Source: an uncultured virus (IMG/VR IMGVR_UViG_3300025844_000016) (taxonomy: Duplodnaviria > Heunggongvirae > Uroviricota > Caudoviricetes). Taken from it: DNA of 20,000 nucleotides. Within the stretch, counting starts at the first letter, position 1. Each line of letters begins with the position of its first letter. The notes under the pieces were generated by a model that was given only the letters and a program-made list of their open reading frames with translations, was not told the DNA's origin and searched no databases. Positions 8,035 through 16,564 of this stretch are shown here, piece by piece. Location of the stretch: the IMG/VR virus record IMGVR_UViG_3300025844_000016; one strand, 5' to 3'. The position numbers and the translations under genes are program-made.

Positions 8035-8545
8035 CAGTAAAGTCGTGTTCTTCTTCGTCCACCGGATCATCGTATTTGATGTAGCCGGCATTGATCGACA
8101 TATTGCGGCCGATCTCCTCGAAGAAGCCGTGGTAGCCGTAATCGTGGCAAACGACTTGACCGTTAAGCATTCCGAAATTGGCGTAGTGGATGTCGTGGAG
8201 AACCGACGGGATGACACCGCCTCTTGTCCGCATCAGGGCTGCCTTGAAGTCCTTGTCGCACTTGAAGGGCTCTGTCCGTCTCTGGGTTAAGACATTCCCG
8301 TAGGGATCGATGTCTACGCAAGGTGCGAACCAGTCAGAGATCGGCCATTCCTTCATCTCCTGCCAGACCAGCCATTCGGTCTGGTTGTGGAATGTCCGGG
8401 CGGTGGTCTCGACTTTCATCACAAGCGTCGGGTCATGGATAACCTCGTAGACTTCACGAGATGCCCCAGCGCCAATGCATTTTCCCAAGAACATTGTGAG
8501 GATGGAGTTCTTGAGCGGGTCCACGTAATTCCAAGGATTGCTCAT
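8006..8545 (-). CDS. Minimal protein-kinase-fold protein (Ser/Thr kinase-like)
   Basis: Gly-rich loop IGAGASREVY, VMK lysine, NQTE glutamate, catalytic HDIHYAN, DFG-equivalent DYG. Confidence 0.75.
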   Translation of the reverse strand: MSNPWNYVDPLKNSILTMFLGKCIGAGASREVYEVIHDPTLVMKVETTARTFHNQTEWLVWQEMKEWPISDWFAPCVDIDPYGNVLTQRRTEPFKCDKDFKAALMRTRGGVIPSVLHDIHYANFGMLNGQVVCHDYGYHGFFEEIGRNMSINAGYIKYDDPVDEEEHDFTDGGQLALDI

Positions 8546-8637
8546 CGGTCTCTTGGTTCCTCCATGACATCCATAAGCATCTCATCGATCTCGACGATGC
8601 TGGACAATCCGTTGTCCATCTGGATGGCGATAATCAT
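8542..8637 (-). CDS. Small acidic protein (31 aa), not in the ORF track
   Basis: MIIAIQMDNGLSSIVEIDEMLMDVMEEPRDR; ATGA overlaps at both ends. Confidence 0.6.
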   Translation of the reverse strand: MIIAIQMDNGLSSIVEIDEMLMDVMEEPRDR

Positions 8638-10268
8638 GCGTGGAACCTTCCCTTGTTGAGCGTGATGATCGTCCGCTTGCCGTTTTGATACGTGATGATG
8701 TGGCTGTGCGACCACGACGAAGGGCCCTTGTTGTAACCCATGTCGAGGCTACCAGAGACGCCACCAACGTAGGCACCATCGCGGATGGCCGGGCTGTGGG
8801 TGTGGCCGGTATTCGACTTACGGCCTGATCGGCTGATCGCCAGCGGCGAACCCCGCGACCCGTTTGGTCCAAGGTGGCCGTGCATACCGCATTCGATGTC
8901 GCCGCAGATGATGAAAGACTGATCTTCGTTGCAGAACACAACGTCCTCAGGTGTTCCCATCTCCCGCATGACTTGCTGGAACACGTCCGGCGAACTGTTC
9001 CCGGCCTGCATCTCCATGTAGAGCCACTTCTGGCAACTCAGGAAGAACAAGGCGTTCTCAGGATCATCACGATAGTCGGCCGTCTTGAGCCACTTGAGAA
9101 GGGCTTGGTCGTGGTTGGATTCCACAATCACTGACGTGCAGTCATCCCGATGAATTTGCTTGATGAACTCAGCGCAGCCATTCAAAGCCAACTGGACATT
9201 GTTGTTCTGTCCGCCGCGAGTGTGGGCAGCAAACCGGAAGTGGTGGTCCTTGATGTTGTGGTGGTTGCGCGGCGAGAAGTCGCTGAGGTCGTGGAAGAAC
9301 TCATACTTCGGCCGCAGCCGGTGGATCAGCGGCAGCGGGCGCGGATCGTGTGGGTCTCGGAAATTGTCGATGTCCCAAGCTTCCTGCGACGGGACATGGT
9401 ATCCCCACGTCAGCATGGCGACTTCGTGATCCAGCTTTTCGTGGTGAATGTCACCATAGCTGATCGCTTCGACGCGGTGATTGGTCGTCACACCTTGGCT
9501 GGTGACATAGCGATCGAGATCGTAGAACGAGCCATTCTCAAGATCGGTGGTCAGCAGGTGCCGGCAGTAGGTAGCACCGTCCGGAGTCATCTCGACCAGC
9601 ACGGCACCAATCTGGTGGTGGAAGGTGGCCTTGATACCGGCCTTCTTGCGGACGTAGTTCGGTAGCGTGACCGAACCCGTGGTCATCAACTGCTTGGCAC
9701 GCTCGTGCTTCATCGTCGCCACCGATTCCAACTGGACCTTCGGGTGCGGGAAGACGCCCCAGCGAGCGCGGGTGTAGGTGGCGAAACCAGACAGTGGGGT
9801 AACAGCCGTCGGTAGCGTGTTCATCTCGCCGCAGAAATCCACTTCGTCGCCCAGCCGCACGCGGTCATGAACGATGAAGTCATCCACAGACGGGTGGAAG
9901 CCGACTTTGGATGAACGGGTGTCGTGATCCTCGAACAGCTTCTTGCTGTAGGTGAACCCTGAAACGATGATCTCACATTCGCCCAGCCAGTGGGCGTAGA
10001 CATTTAGCGCGTTCCAGAAGTCCTCGTGGATGTCCGAACTGTCTTGAGCCGAAGTCAGGATGAAATAGCGAGTGTGATCCAGCGGTTCGTAAACCGTCGG
10101 CCGGAGCGGACGGTTCGATGAGAACACGAACTCGATCTGTTCACCGAGGTCTTCCTGCACTGCAATGTTTCGCTTCATGCGATAACGCAGTGTGGACTCG
10201 GCGATGTTGAGGGCGCGGGCAGCCGGGCGGATACCGCCGTGCTGGGCGACCAGTTCAAGATATTCCAT
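8634..10268 (-). CDS. HTH plus calcineurin-like metallophosphoesterase/nuclease, T5 A1-like protein
   Basis: N-terminal HTH (GGIRPAARALNIAESTLRYRM); motifs GDIH, SNHD, HGH, GHTH. Size and C-terminus resemble T5 A1 homologues (from recall). Confidence 0.75.
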   Translation of the reverse strand: MEYLELVAQHGGIRPAARALNIAESTLRYRMKRNIAVQEDLGEQIEFVFSSNRPLRPTVYEPLDHTRYFILTSAQDSSDIHEDFWNALNVYAHWLGECEIIVSGFTYSKKLFEDHDTRSSKVGFHPSVDDFIVHDRVRLGDEVDFCGEMNTLPTAVTPLSGFATYTRARWGVFPHPKVQLESVATMKHERAKQLMTTGSVTLPNYVRKKAGIKATFHHQIGAVLVEMTPDGATYCRHLLTTDLENGSFYDLDRYVTSQGVTTNHRVEAISYGDIHHEKLDHEVAMLTWGYHVPSQEAWDIDNFRDPHDPRPLPLIHRLRPKYEFFHDLSDFSPRNHHNIKDHHFRFAAHTRGGQNNNVQLALNGCAEFIKQIHRDDCTSVIVESNHDQALLKWLKTADYRDDPENALFFLSCQKWLYMEMQAGNSSPDVFQQVMREMGTPEDVVFCNEDQSFIICGDIECGMHGHLGPNGSRGSPLAISRSGRKSNTGHTHSPAIRDGAYVGGVSGSLDMGYNKGPSSWSHSHIITYQNGKRTIITLNKGRFHA

Positions 10269-10274
10269 GGGACC

Positions 10275-11015
10275 TCAGTTCAGAACGAGCGGGCCGGACT
10301 TCGGCTGGCCGGGCTTGGGTGCAAAATCGGGATGGGAGTAAGCGATGCCGGCAGCACCGGCCTTGTGACGCCAGTCCCAGACGAACCACGAATAGTTGTG
10401 GCGCGGCGATCCGGTGGAGCCAGCAACCCAGCGCGGGCGCTTGGAGACCACGATTTTCTTGTGGAAGGGTGGGAGACCGAACAGTGGCATACGCCCCTTC
10501 GAGCAGTCGTATTCGTTCCGCAGGAACATCGCGACTTGACCCTTGACCGGCTGCATGAGCTTGAGGGCGTGCTTGATGAACTCTTCCGGGAGATCACCGG
10601 CGTAGGGTGGATTGGAAACGATCGCCTTGATCGAGGGATCAGGCAGCTTGTCCATCTTGAGGAAGTCACCGATCGTGAAGCGATCTTCGTAACCATAATC
10701 GATGATGTCGCTCGACCAGACAGTGTGGCCGAAGTCCGTCAGACGCTGCGAGATGTCACCCTTGCCGGCCGCGCATTCCCAAACGTTGGGATGGATGTTG
10801 ACGTGCTGGAGAAGGCAGTCCACGTTCTCCGGCGGCGTGCAGTAATGATCTGCTTCGATCCGCTCGTATCCGGAGTCGCCAAGCATGGCGGCGTCCTTCT
10901 TCTCCAGCGCCTTGCGTCGGATCATTTCCTCGGCGATCGCGAGAGGAACGCCCATTCCCATTGCGATCTCCTCAGCGGTTCCTTCGCGCCAGTTCAGTTC
11001 AGGTAGCGATGTCAT
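10275..11015 (-). CDS. DNA amino-methyltransferase (probably N6-adenine)
   Basis: SAM-binding motif I WECAAGKG followed by catalytic motif IV SNPPY. Confidence 0.85.
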   Translation of the reverse strand: MTSLPELNWREGTAEEIAMGMGVPLAIAEEMIRRKALEKKDAAMLGDSGYERIEADHYCTPPENVDCLLQHVNIHPNVWECAAGKGDISQRLTDFGHTVWSSDIIDYGYEDRFTIGDFLKMDKLPDPSIKAIVSNPPYAGDLPEEFIKHALKLMQPVKGQVAMFLRNEYDCSKGRMPLFGLPPFHKKIVVSKRPRWVAGSTGSPRHNYSWFVWDWRHKAGAAGIAYSHPDFAPKPGQPKSGPLVLN

Positions 11016-11016
11016 G

Positions 11017-11544
11017 TTATTCCTCGGAACTCAGCGTGGTCATCATGACACCCGCTTCTTGAAAAATGGCGCGTGTCGCGGCGAGGCTGGTTCCCCACCG
11101 TTCAAGCTGTTCTGGTGTGGGCTCAGGGCTCACAACGCGGGTGATCCCAGCCTGCACGACGAAGACGGCGCACCGGTCACAGGGAGTGAACGTGCAGTAG
11201 AGAGTGCAGCCATCCACCGGCCCATGGGCATTGAGAATGGCGTTCATTTCCGCGTGAACGATGCGGCTGTATTTGGTCTCCCGATCCTCATAGAGAGACG
11301 GGTGATCTGACATGCCACGGGGGAAGCCGTTATAGCCGACGCTGATGACCGTGTTGTTGGGCCGGACGATCACAGCCCCCACCTTGGTGGAAGGGTCCTT
11401 GCTGGCTGTGGCGATGTATTGTGCCATGCCGAGATAGAACTGATCCCACTTGTCGATGCGGTAGGCTCGGCGCATGATCTCGTCTTCGTAATCGAAGCGA
11501 GGGTCTACATCGCTCCGGCCGATCGGTGGGGGACAGCAGTTCAC
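11017..11544 (-). CDS. dCMP deaminase
   Basis: SKDPSTKVGA, GYNGFP, HAEMNA and PCDRC zinc-binding motifs. Confidence 0.93.
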   Translation of the reverse strand: MNCCPPPIGRSDVDPRFDYEDEIMRRAYRIDKWDQFYLGMAQYIATASKDPSTKVGAVIVRPNNTVISVGYNGFPRGMSDHPSLYEDRETKYSRIVHAEMNAILNAHGPVDGCTLYCTFTPCDRCAVFVVQAGITRVVSPEPTPEQLERWGTSLAATRAIFQEAGVMMTTLSSEE

Positions 11545-11795
11545 TTGGCGGCCTTGTTGGCGATGTCCAGCTTCACTTCGGGCGGCAAGCCGTCCATCAC
11601 CGCCTTGACCATGCGGTCCACCTTCTGTTCCAGCAGCCGGATTCCGGGAGTAGGGACACGCGACTTGTCCGCTTCCTCGTAAACCTTAACGATCGCATCG
11701 GACAGCATGGTGAGGTCGTCAGTGCGGGAGATGTCGGCGTCGATGATCGCGCCCTCGGGGAGAATGGGCGATGCGAGGCGGATATGGATGTTCAC
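11541..11795 (-). CDS. Hypothetical protein (84 aa)
   Basis: GTG start at 11795 overlaps the stop of the HD gene (GTGA); the ORF-track start at 11903 overlaps that gene too far. Confidence 0.65.
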   Translation of the reverse strand: MNIHIRLASPILPEGAIIDADISRTDDLTMLSDAIVKVYEEADKSRVPTPGIRLLEQKVDRMVKAVMDGLPPEVKLDIANKAAK

Positions 11796-12559
11796 AGGAG
11801 AAATCCTCTCTTGGTGTATTCCAAAGGCTCGTAGTTGCCTTCGGTTTCGATGATGGTCTGGTAGCGGCGAATGAAGCGGTCCTTGGCTTCCTTGGCCGAC
11901 CAAACACGGAACTCTGGAACCACGTTGTGGATCGAGATTCGGGGGTGGTCTTGCTCGTTGGTGTATGGCACCACCGGTGGCCCCATGAGTTCGTCCCGTT
12001 CAAGAAACACCATCATATTGTCCACACGGCGGACGCATTCCCGGATCGCTTGATCCACCGGGCAACGGAGTTCTTCGATGATATGCTCCATCAGGGCATC
12101 TTCGCCGTCCTTGTATCCGTTGACCGAATACTTGACCGGGCGAACCAGATCAGCGAACCCATACCCTTCTGGCGCGTCATGGATCAGGCCGTATAGAGCC
12201 GGTGAACCGGACAGTGACCAATCCCACTTGGGGACCAGTTTCTTGCGGTTCAGGGCGCAAATGTCAGCGACGTGAACCGAGTGCTGGGCAACCGAGTAGC
12301 GGACAGGATCACCGTAGCGATCGGCAGTCTGGCCGCCCCAGCGGGGCATCACAGCCAACGTATGAGCGATCGTCTCGATGTCGATCTCGTTGCCCGGATG
12401 CTTCGGCTGGAGCGGCCAGAAGTAGCGCCCCTTGTAGATTTGGATCGCCCCTTCGAGGCTCGATACCTTGGCTACTGCCCGGTTGCGATTGATCCGGGCT
12501 TGCCACTGGCTGTCAGAGAGACACACAGAAGGCTTCGCCTGTGTCGGGTGGTTGAGCAT
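11792..12559 (-). CDS. HD-domain phosphohydrolase (YfbR/YfdR-like 5'-deoxynucleotidase)
   Basis: IAHTLA...RWGG...YSVAQHS...LIHDAPE...VD motifs. Confidence 0.85.
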   Translation of the reverse strand: MLNHPTQAKPSVCLSDSQWQARINRNRAVAKVSSLEGAIQIYKGRYFWPLQPKHPGNEIDIETIAHTLAVMPRWGGQTADRYGDPVRYSVAQHSVHVADICALNRKKLVPKWDWSLSGSPALYGLIHDAPEGYGFADLVRPVKYSVNGYKDGEDALMEHIIEELRCPVDQAIRECVRRVDNMMVFLERDELMGPPVVPYTNEQDHPRISIHNVVPEFRVWSAKEAKDRFIRRYQTIIETEGNYEPLEYTKRGFLL

Positions 12560-12588
12560 GTGGGGTTTTCCTTGGTCGGGATGGACAC

Positions 12589-12631
12589 TGTTAAGCAGAA
12601 ATGCCGGTCAGTGTCAAGCGATAATGTCGGT
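12589..12631 (-). promoter_or_regulatory. Sigma70-type promoter with ACCGACATT box and a second copy in the spacer
   Basis: Minus strand reads ACCGACATT-atcgc-TTGACA-ctgACCGGCATTtctgc-TTAACA. Confidence 0.75.
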
Positions 12632-12638
12632 GCCTGCC

Positions 12639-12962
12639 TCAGTAACCCGGAGCCGGGGTGTGCAGAAGACCGTCCACATAAAGACGCGGCGTCTCGACAT
12701 CGACCGACAGAACAGCGAACGAATTGTCGAGAGCAGAGGACGACATTGCGCACGGAGTCACGTTGTCTGTGATGTAGGTGATCTTGGCGATCGCCGCTCG
12801 GCCGGTGTATTGACCAGTCCGGGAATCGAACTCACGCAGCAGCATCCGATCGCCGATGGCATAATCCCGATCGCGCTTGTCCCGCATGTCGTGCTTCTTG
12901 CGTCCCACGATCATCTCTTCGAAGAACCACGGCCACGACTTCACTTCGTAATCATATTCCAT
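12639..12962 (-). CDS. DUF3850 / ASCH (PUA-like) domain protein
   Basis: EVKSWPWFFEEMIVGRKKHDMR...DRDYAIGDRMLLREF...YTGR...ITYI; SD GAGGAAGG precedes the ATG at 12962. Confidence 0.8.
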   Translation of the reverse strand: MEYDYEVKSWPWFFEEMIVGRKKHDMRDKRDRDYAIGDRMLLREFDSRTGQYTGRAAIAKITYITDNVTPCAMSSSALDNSFAVLSVDVETPRLYVDGLLHTPAPGY

Positions 12963-12976
12963 ATCAGTTTCCTTCC

Positions 12977-13150
12977 TCATTCATAATCTGCAATGATCTT
13001 GGCGACTTCATCCTCATCGTAGAGGACTTCGCACTCGCAATCACATTCCGGACAGAACCCAAGGTCCATCGGCATGGGACGGGTCGGGTGTTCGTTCAAC
13101 TCGGTCACTGGACCAATCCAGCCGCATTGACCACATTCAGTGAACCACAT
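12977..13150 (-). CDS. Small zinc-ribbon protein (57 aa), not in the ORF track
   Basis: MWFTECGQCGWIG...GFCPECDCECEV...; two CxxC motifs; fills the gap between the helicase and ASCH genes. Confidence 0.75.
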   Translation of the reverse strand: MWFTECGQCGWIGPVTELNEHPTRPMPMDLGFCPECDCECEVLYDEDEVAKIIADYE

Positions 13151-13153
13151 AGG

Positions 13154-14962
13154 TCATCTTCCCATCTTCATTGTTGGTTCGATACCATCCACACCTTCTT
13201 GGATCATCGAAATACGATCCACCAGTGTCTGGATGGTCAAGGCGTCGATGGTGCCATCAACGACCAAGAAGTGAATCAGCACGTTGTGTTCAAGGCCGAT
13301 CCGGTGGGCCCGGTCTTCGCACTGTTCCATGTCGCCGGGAACCGACCACATCTCCACGAACACGACGACGGTGGCTTCCGTCAGAGTGTGGCCGACGCCG
13401 CCGGCCTTGAGGTTGCACAAGATGACATTGCATTCTGGATCGGGAGCGATCCGGGCATCCTTGTCACCTTGGAATCGCAGCTTCTCAGCTTCGACTTTCT
13501 TGGCACCCATCCCACCAACGATCCGGGCGGCCGTGGGGAACTTAGCGTGAAGTTCCGAGATCACGTCCTTGTGGATCGCGAAAACGATTACCTTCTCACC
13601 GGCGTCTACGAGCCGCTGGATGTGTTCGGCCGCCATCGGCACCTTGGACAGCGCGAGATCACGGCGTGCCTCTGAGTAGGCCGCAAAGCCCGGTGCAAGC
13701 TCCCCTACGTCAAGGTCGTCGATCTCCGGCGCATCGAAGCCTTGAGGCAGGATGGTCGCCATTGTGTCGAGGATAAGAGCCGGGTCCACTTCTTCGAGGA
13801 CCAGCTTCTTGTTGTATTCGATCCCGGTGTTGGCCGCGTCGAGCATGGCGAGCGCGTCGGTGAACTTGTCACGCTCGGTCTTGATGGTCTTCTTCAAGCC
13901 CTCAGGCGGAAAGACGATCACCTGTCTCGTCTTGCTGGGTAGGTCTTTCAGCACGTTGCTCTTGAGGCGGCGAATCATGAACGCCCGGCGAAGCTTCTCG
14001 TTGAGTTCGGACAGGTTCGAACCACCGGTGGCTTGTAAGCCGAACGGAGACATCACACCATCGCAATACGTCATGGCGAAGTCTTCCCAGCACTTCCCCA
14101 GACCCTCAGGATCGAAGTCGCGGATCATCGTCCACATATCCTTCGGCTGCTTCATCATCGGAGTCCCGGTGAGCATCAGCCGAATGTTCGCTGGTAGGCA
14201 GGGAAGCTTCCGGGTGCTACCCACCCGTTGTTTCATCCGCTCATATTTACGCTTCCACTTCTCTGTCCTCGGGTCGAAGAACCAAGTCCCAAAGATGGCC
14301 TGAGTTCTCTTGGAGTTCCCATTGGACAGATACTGGGCTTCATCACAAACCAAGATGTCCCAATGTTCTGCCCACAACTTCTCCCGGTTCTTGTGGAGAA
14401 TGTCGTAGTTGATGATGACGAAATCGGTATCCGGAACATCAGAGCCGGCGGCGACGCCCACGGTGAGGTCCTTGTCCACCAACCACTTCAACATCTCCTT
14501 GAGCCAGTTCAGCTTCAAGGTCGAGGGACATACGATAATCCCATTGGTGAGCCCGAGATGGTTGATCAGGCCGATCGCTTGGATCGTCTTACCAAGCCCC
14601 GGACTATCCCCAATCAGGGTGTCATCACGCTCAGCGGCATAGAGGATACCAGCCTTCTGGTAAGGTAAATAATCCAGCACCTCCCCTTTGTGATTGACCA
14701 GATGCGGCCGGGCAATGTCCGCTTCGGCGAACATGGAATAGGAGGCGTTCATCGCCTCTTCCAGTTCGGTCAGCTTAGCATCAAGATCATTCCACAACTC
14801 GTCGGAGTCAGACCATTCGATATACTCGGCCGCTTTACGCCAGTCCGTTGTGGTGTAGAACCTGTTGCGCCGATCGAATATCCAACCGGCATCACGAAGC
14901 TCGGCCCAACGAGACTCGCGGGACGTGATGATGTAGCGGTCGTGGGATTGTGAAAGCTCCAC
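13154..14962 (-). CDS. SNF2-family (SMARCAL1/HARP-like) helicase
   Basis: Q motif LPYQ, Walker A GDSPGLGKT, DEAQ, LTGTP, IRRLK, AGGVG, QCEDRAHRIG. Confidence 0.92.
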   Translation of the reverse strand: MELSQSHDRYIITSRESRWAELRDAGWIFDRRNRFYTTTDWRKAAEYIEWSDSDELWNDLDAKLTELEEAMNASYSMFAEADIARPHLVNHKGEVLDYLPYQKAGILYAAERDDTLIGDSPGLGKTIQAIGLINHLGLTNGIIVCPSTLKLNWLKEMLKWLVDKDLTVGVAAGSDVPDTDFVIINYDILHKNREKLWAEHWDILVCDEAQYLSNGNSKRTQAIFGTWFFDPRTEKWKRKYERMKQRVGSTRKLPCLPANIRLMLTGTPMMKQPKDMWTMIRDFDPEGLGKCWEDFAMTYCDGVMSPFGLQATGGSNLSELNEKLRRAFMIRRLKSNVLKDLPSKTRQVIVFPPEGLKKTIKTERDKFTDALAMLDAANTGIEYNKKLVLEEVDPALILDTMATILPQGFDAPEIDDLDVGELAPGFAAYSEARRDLALSKVPMAAEHIQRLVDAGEKVIVFAIHKDVISELHAKFPTAARIVGGMGAKKVEAEKLRFQGDKDARIAPDPECNVILCNLKAGGVGHTLTEATVVVFVEMWSVPGDMEQCEDRAHRIGLEHNVLIHFLVVDGTIDALTIQTLVDRISMIQEGVDGIEPTMKMGR

Positions 14963-14965
14963 GAC

Positions 14966-15130
14966 TTAACCAGCGATACGGAAACGATGCTCTTCGATCC
15001 CGTCTTCCCAACAGGTGCTGATGCCGACGCATTCTGGCATGATCATCGCATATATGCGATCAACCAACGCTACTGCCGCCGGGTTGTCTGGATCGTGTTG
15101 GAGCGTGATGGTGTGGTGTGCCTCACTCAC
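14966..15130 (-). CDS. Small hypothetical protein (54 aa), not in the ORF track
   Basis: GTG start overlapping the upstream stop; MSEAHHTITLQHDPDNPAAVALVDRIYAMIMPECVGISTCWEDGIEEHRFRIAG. Confidence 0.6.
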   Translation of the reverse strand: MSEAHHTITLQHDPDNPAAVALVDRIYAMIMPECVGISTCWEDGIEEHRFRIAG

Positions 15131-15621
15131 GTAACCAGCCCATCGTAAAAAGCGAACACCGCATTCAGGTCGATGTCGAGGTCGATCACTTCCACATTTT
15201 CTTCATCGACATAGCGCTTGGTCATCAGAAAATGACCCAAGTTGCTCGTGATGTGACGGGTATCGGAAACGCTCAGAGCGCCGGCGTCGGCCAGCATCTC
15301 CAAAATCATCAACAGCAGGGTTGTCTTCCCGCTCATCTGATTTGCTGCGATAGCGATCGAGATACCAGCTTTCTGTTGCTGCTGGATGTTCTTTCGCTGT
15401 GCCTCGGTCGGGAAGGGACTGGCGTGCGGCGGGAAGTCCTTTGCCTTGTTGGCGTCGGTCATCTCTTCTTCGATGATAGCGAAGCGGTTTTCGAGAGATG
15501 CTTCCAGCATCGCTTTATGGCGAGCCGCATAGCGCTGGGCCCAGAGGTCGTCACGCATCTTGTTTACCAGCGCGTGGCAGTAGTCTTCGATGTCCTGATC
15601 GGTGAAAGCGGCGATGTCCAT
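15127..15621 (-). CDS. Hypothetical protein with a degenerate P-loop-like motif
   Basis: AGGAGA SD; IAIAANQMSGKTTLL; first gene after the leftward promoter. Confidence 0.75.
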   Translation of the reverse strand: MDIAAFTDQDIEDYCHALVNKMRDDLWAQRYAARHKAMLEASLENRFAIIEEEMTDANKAKDFPPHASPFPTEAQRKNIQQQQKAGISIAIAANQMSGKTTLLLMILEMLADAGALSVSDTRHITSNLGHFLMTKRYVDEENVEVIDLDIDLNAVFAFYDGLVT

Positions 15622-15642
15622 AAGTTCTCCTGATTCGGTTAC

Positions 15643-15688
15643 CAGCTAGACGAATTAGCTTGCACTGTCAACTCAAAATTGCTATGGT
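15643..15688. promoter_or_regulatory. Overlapping divergent promoters at the strand switch
   Basis: Minus: TTGACA(15671-66)-N17-TAGCTG(15648-43). Plus: TTGCAC(15660-65)-N17-TATGGT(15683-88). Confidence 0.65.
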
Positions 15689-15716
15689 GCGAACTCAGAA
15701 TGTCGGTGAGTTCTCC

Positions 15717-15935
15717 ATGAAGATCGTAAAAGGTTCGGTTATTTCTTCCACCCCACTCCCCACGGATTGGGATGAAGACGCTTGCCTGTGTCAAGGTAAG
15801 GTCCCGGAAGACAAGCGGATCGACGTGGTGGAACGCATCTATGACGAGAAGCGCGAGAAGCACCGCTGGAAGGTGTATGTCCGCTACCACCAAGACTGTC
15901 CAGTTCACGGATGCCACCGCAAGGAGACTGCGTAA
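15717..15935 (+). CDS. Small Cys/His-containing hypothetical protein (72 aa)
   Basis: ATG at 15717 after GGTGAG; CLC...DCPVHG motif. Confidence 0.7.
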   Translation: MKIVKGSVISSTPLPTDWDEDACLCQGKVPEDKRIDVVERIYDEKREKHRWKVYVRYHQDCPVHGCHRKETA

Positions 15936-16108
15936 TGCCACGAGGTTTGAGCCCCACCAAGTGCAACGAAATCGAACGGGATGGGGTCATCCCTGATGAG
16001 TGCCGTTTCCTGAACCCAACCCTTCACTTCTGCCCCGACTGGCAGGGTGCCTTGATCGACTCCTCCGATCCTGAATATGAGCGGTGTGCATGTCCGAAGG
16101 CCCGGTAA
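15935..16108 (+). CDS. Small Cys-rich hypothetical protein (57 aa)
   Basis: TAATG coupling at both ends; HFCPDW...CAC. Confidence 0.7.
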   Translation: MPRGLSPTKCNEIERDGVIPDECRFLNPTLHFCPDWQGALIDSSDPEYERCACPKAR

Positions 16109-16476
16109 TGACCTTGGAAGAAATCCACGATGCGCTGATCACCGATCACCGTGCGAACGGACCTGATGGTTGCTCGAACATCGATCGTATCAGATTTATC
16201 GGCGAAACCATGCAGCCGCAGGTGATCGACCTGACTGTGGACTATGACTTCACATTGGTAGTCGAGGAAGAGAGTCCGATCTTGGTGGCGGCGGTGAAAC
16301 ATCTGGCGCTTCTGAAACTGGACTACATCAACCGGCTTTATGATCATTGCCACATGATGAAAGAGGTGTATGACGCTGAGGCAGCCAAGCTGATCCTCGC
16401 CGTGCGCCGCATTGACCATCATCTTTCCTATTTGGAAGAAGGTCTACCCACCCCACCATTCTCGGTGTTCTCGTAG
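16108..16476 (+). CDS. Hypothetical protein (122 aa)
   Basis: TAATG coupling places the start at 16108. Confidence 0.7.
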   Translation: MTLEEIHDALITDHRANGPDGCSNIDRIRFIGETMQPQVIDLTVDYDFTLVVEEESPILVAAVKHLALLKLDYINRLYDHCHMMKEVYDAEAAKLILAVRRIDHHLSYLEEGLPTPPFSVFS

Positions 16477-16501
16477 GTCCAGTAGTTTTTCCACTTATTT
16501 G

Positions 16502-16536
16502 TTGACACGAATCGCGAATCGCCTTAACTCGCGATT
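16502..16536 (+). promoter_or_regulatory. Recombinase promoter with tandem CGAATCG and an overlapping inverted repeat
   Basis: TTGACA-cgaatcgcgaatcgcct-TAACTC; inverted repeat AATCGCGA...TCGCGATT. Confidence 0.7.
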
Positions 16537-16564
16537 ACCGAAAGCAACAAAGGAGTGAAACACT

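Noticed and set aside
441..15633. Long + strand ORFs (for example 589-1380, 5923-6627, 6664-7782, 10239-11006)
   Set aside because: These are antisense shadows of well-supported minus-strand genes in GC-rich DNA.
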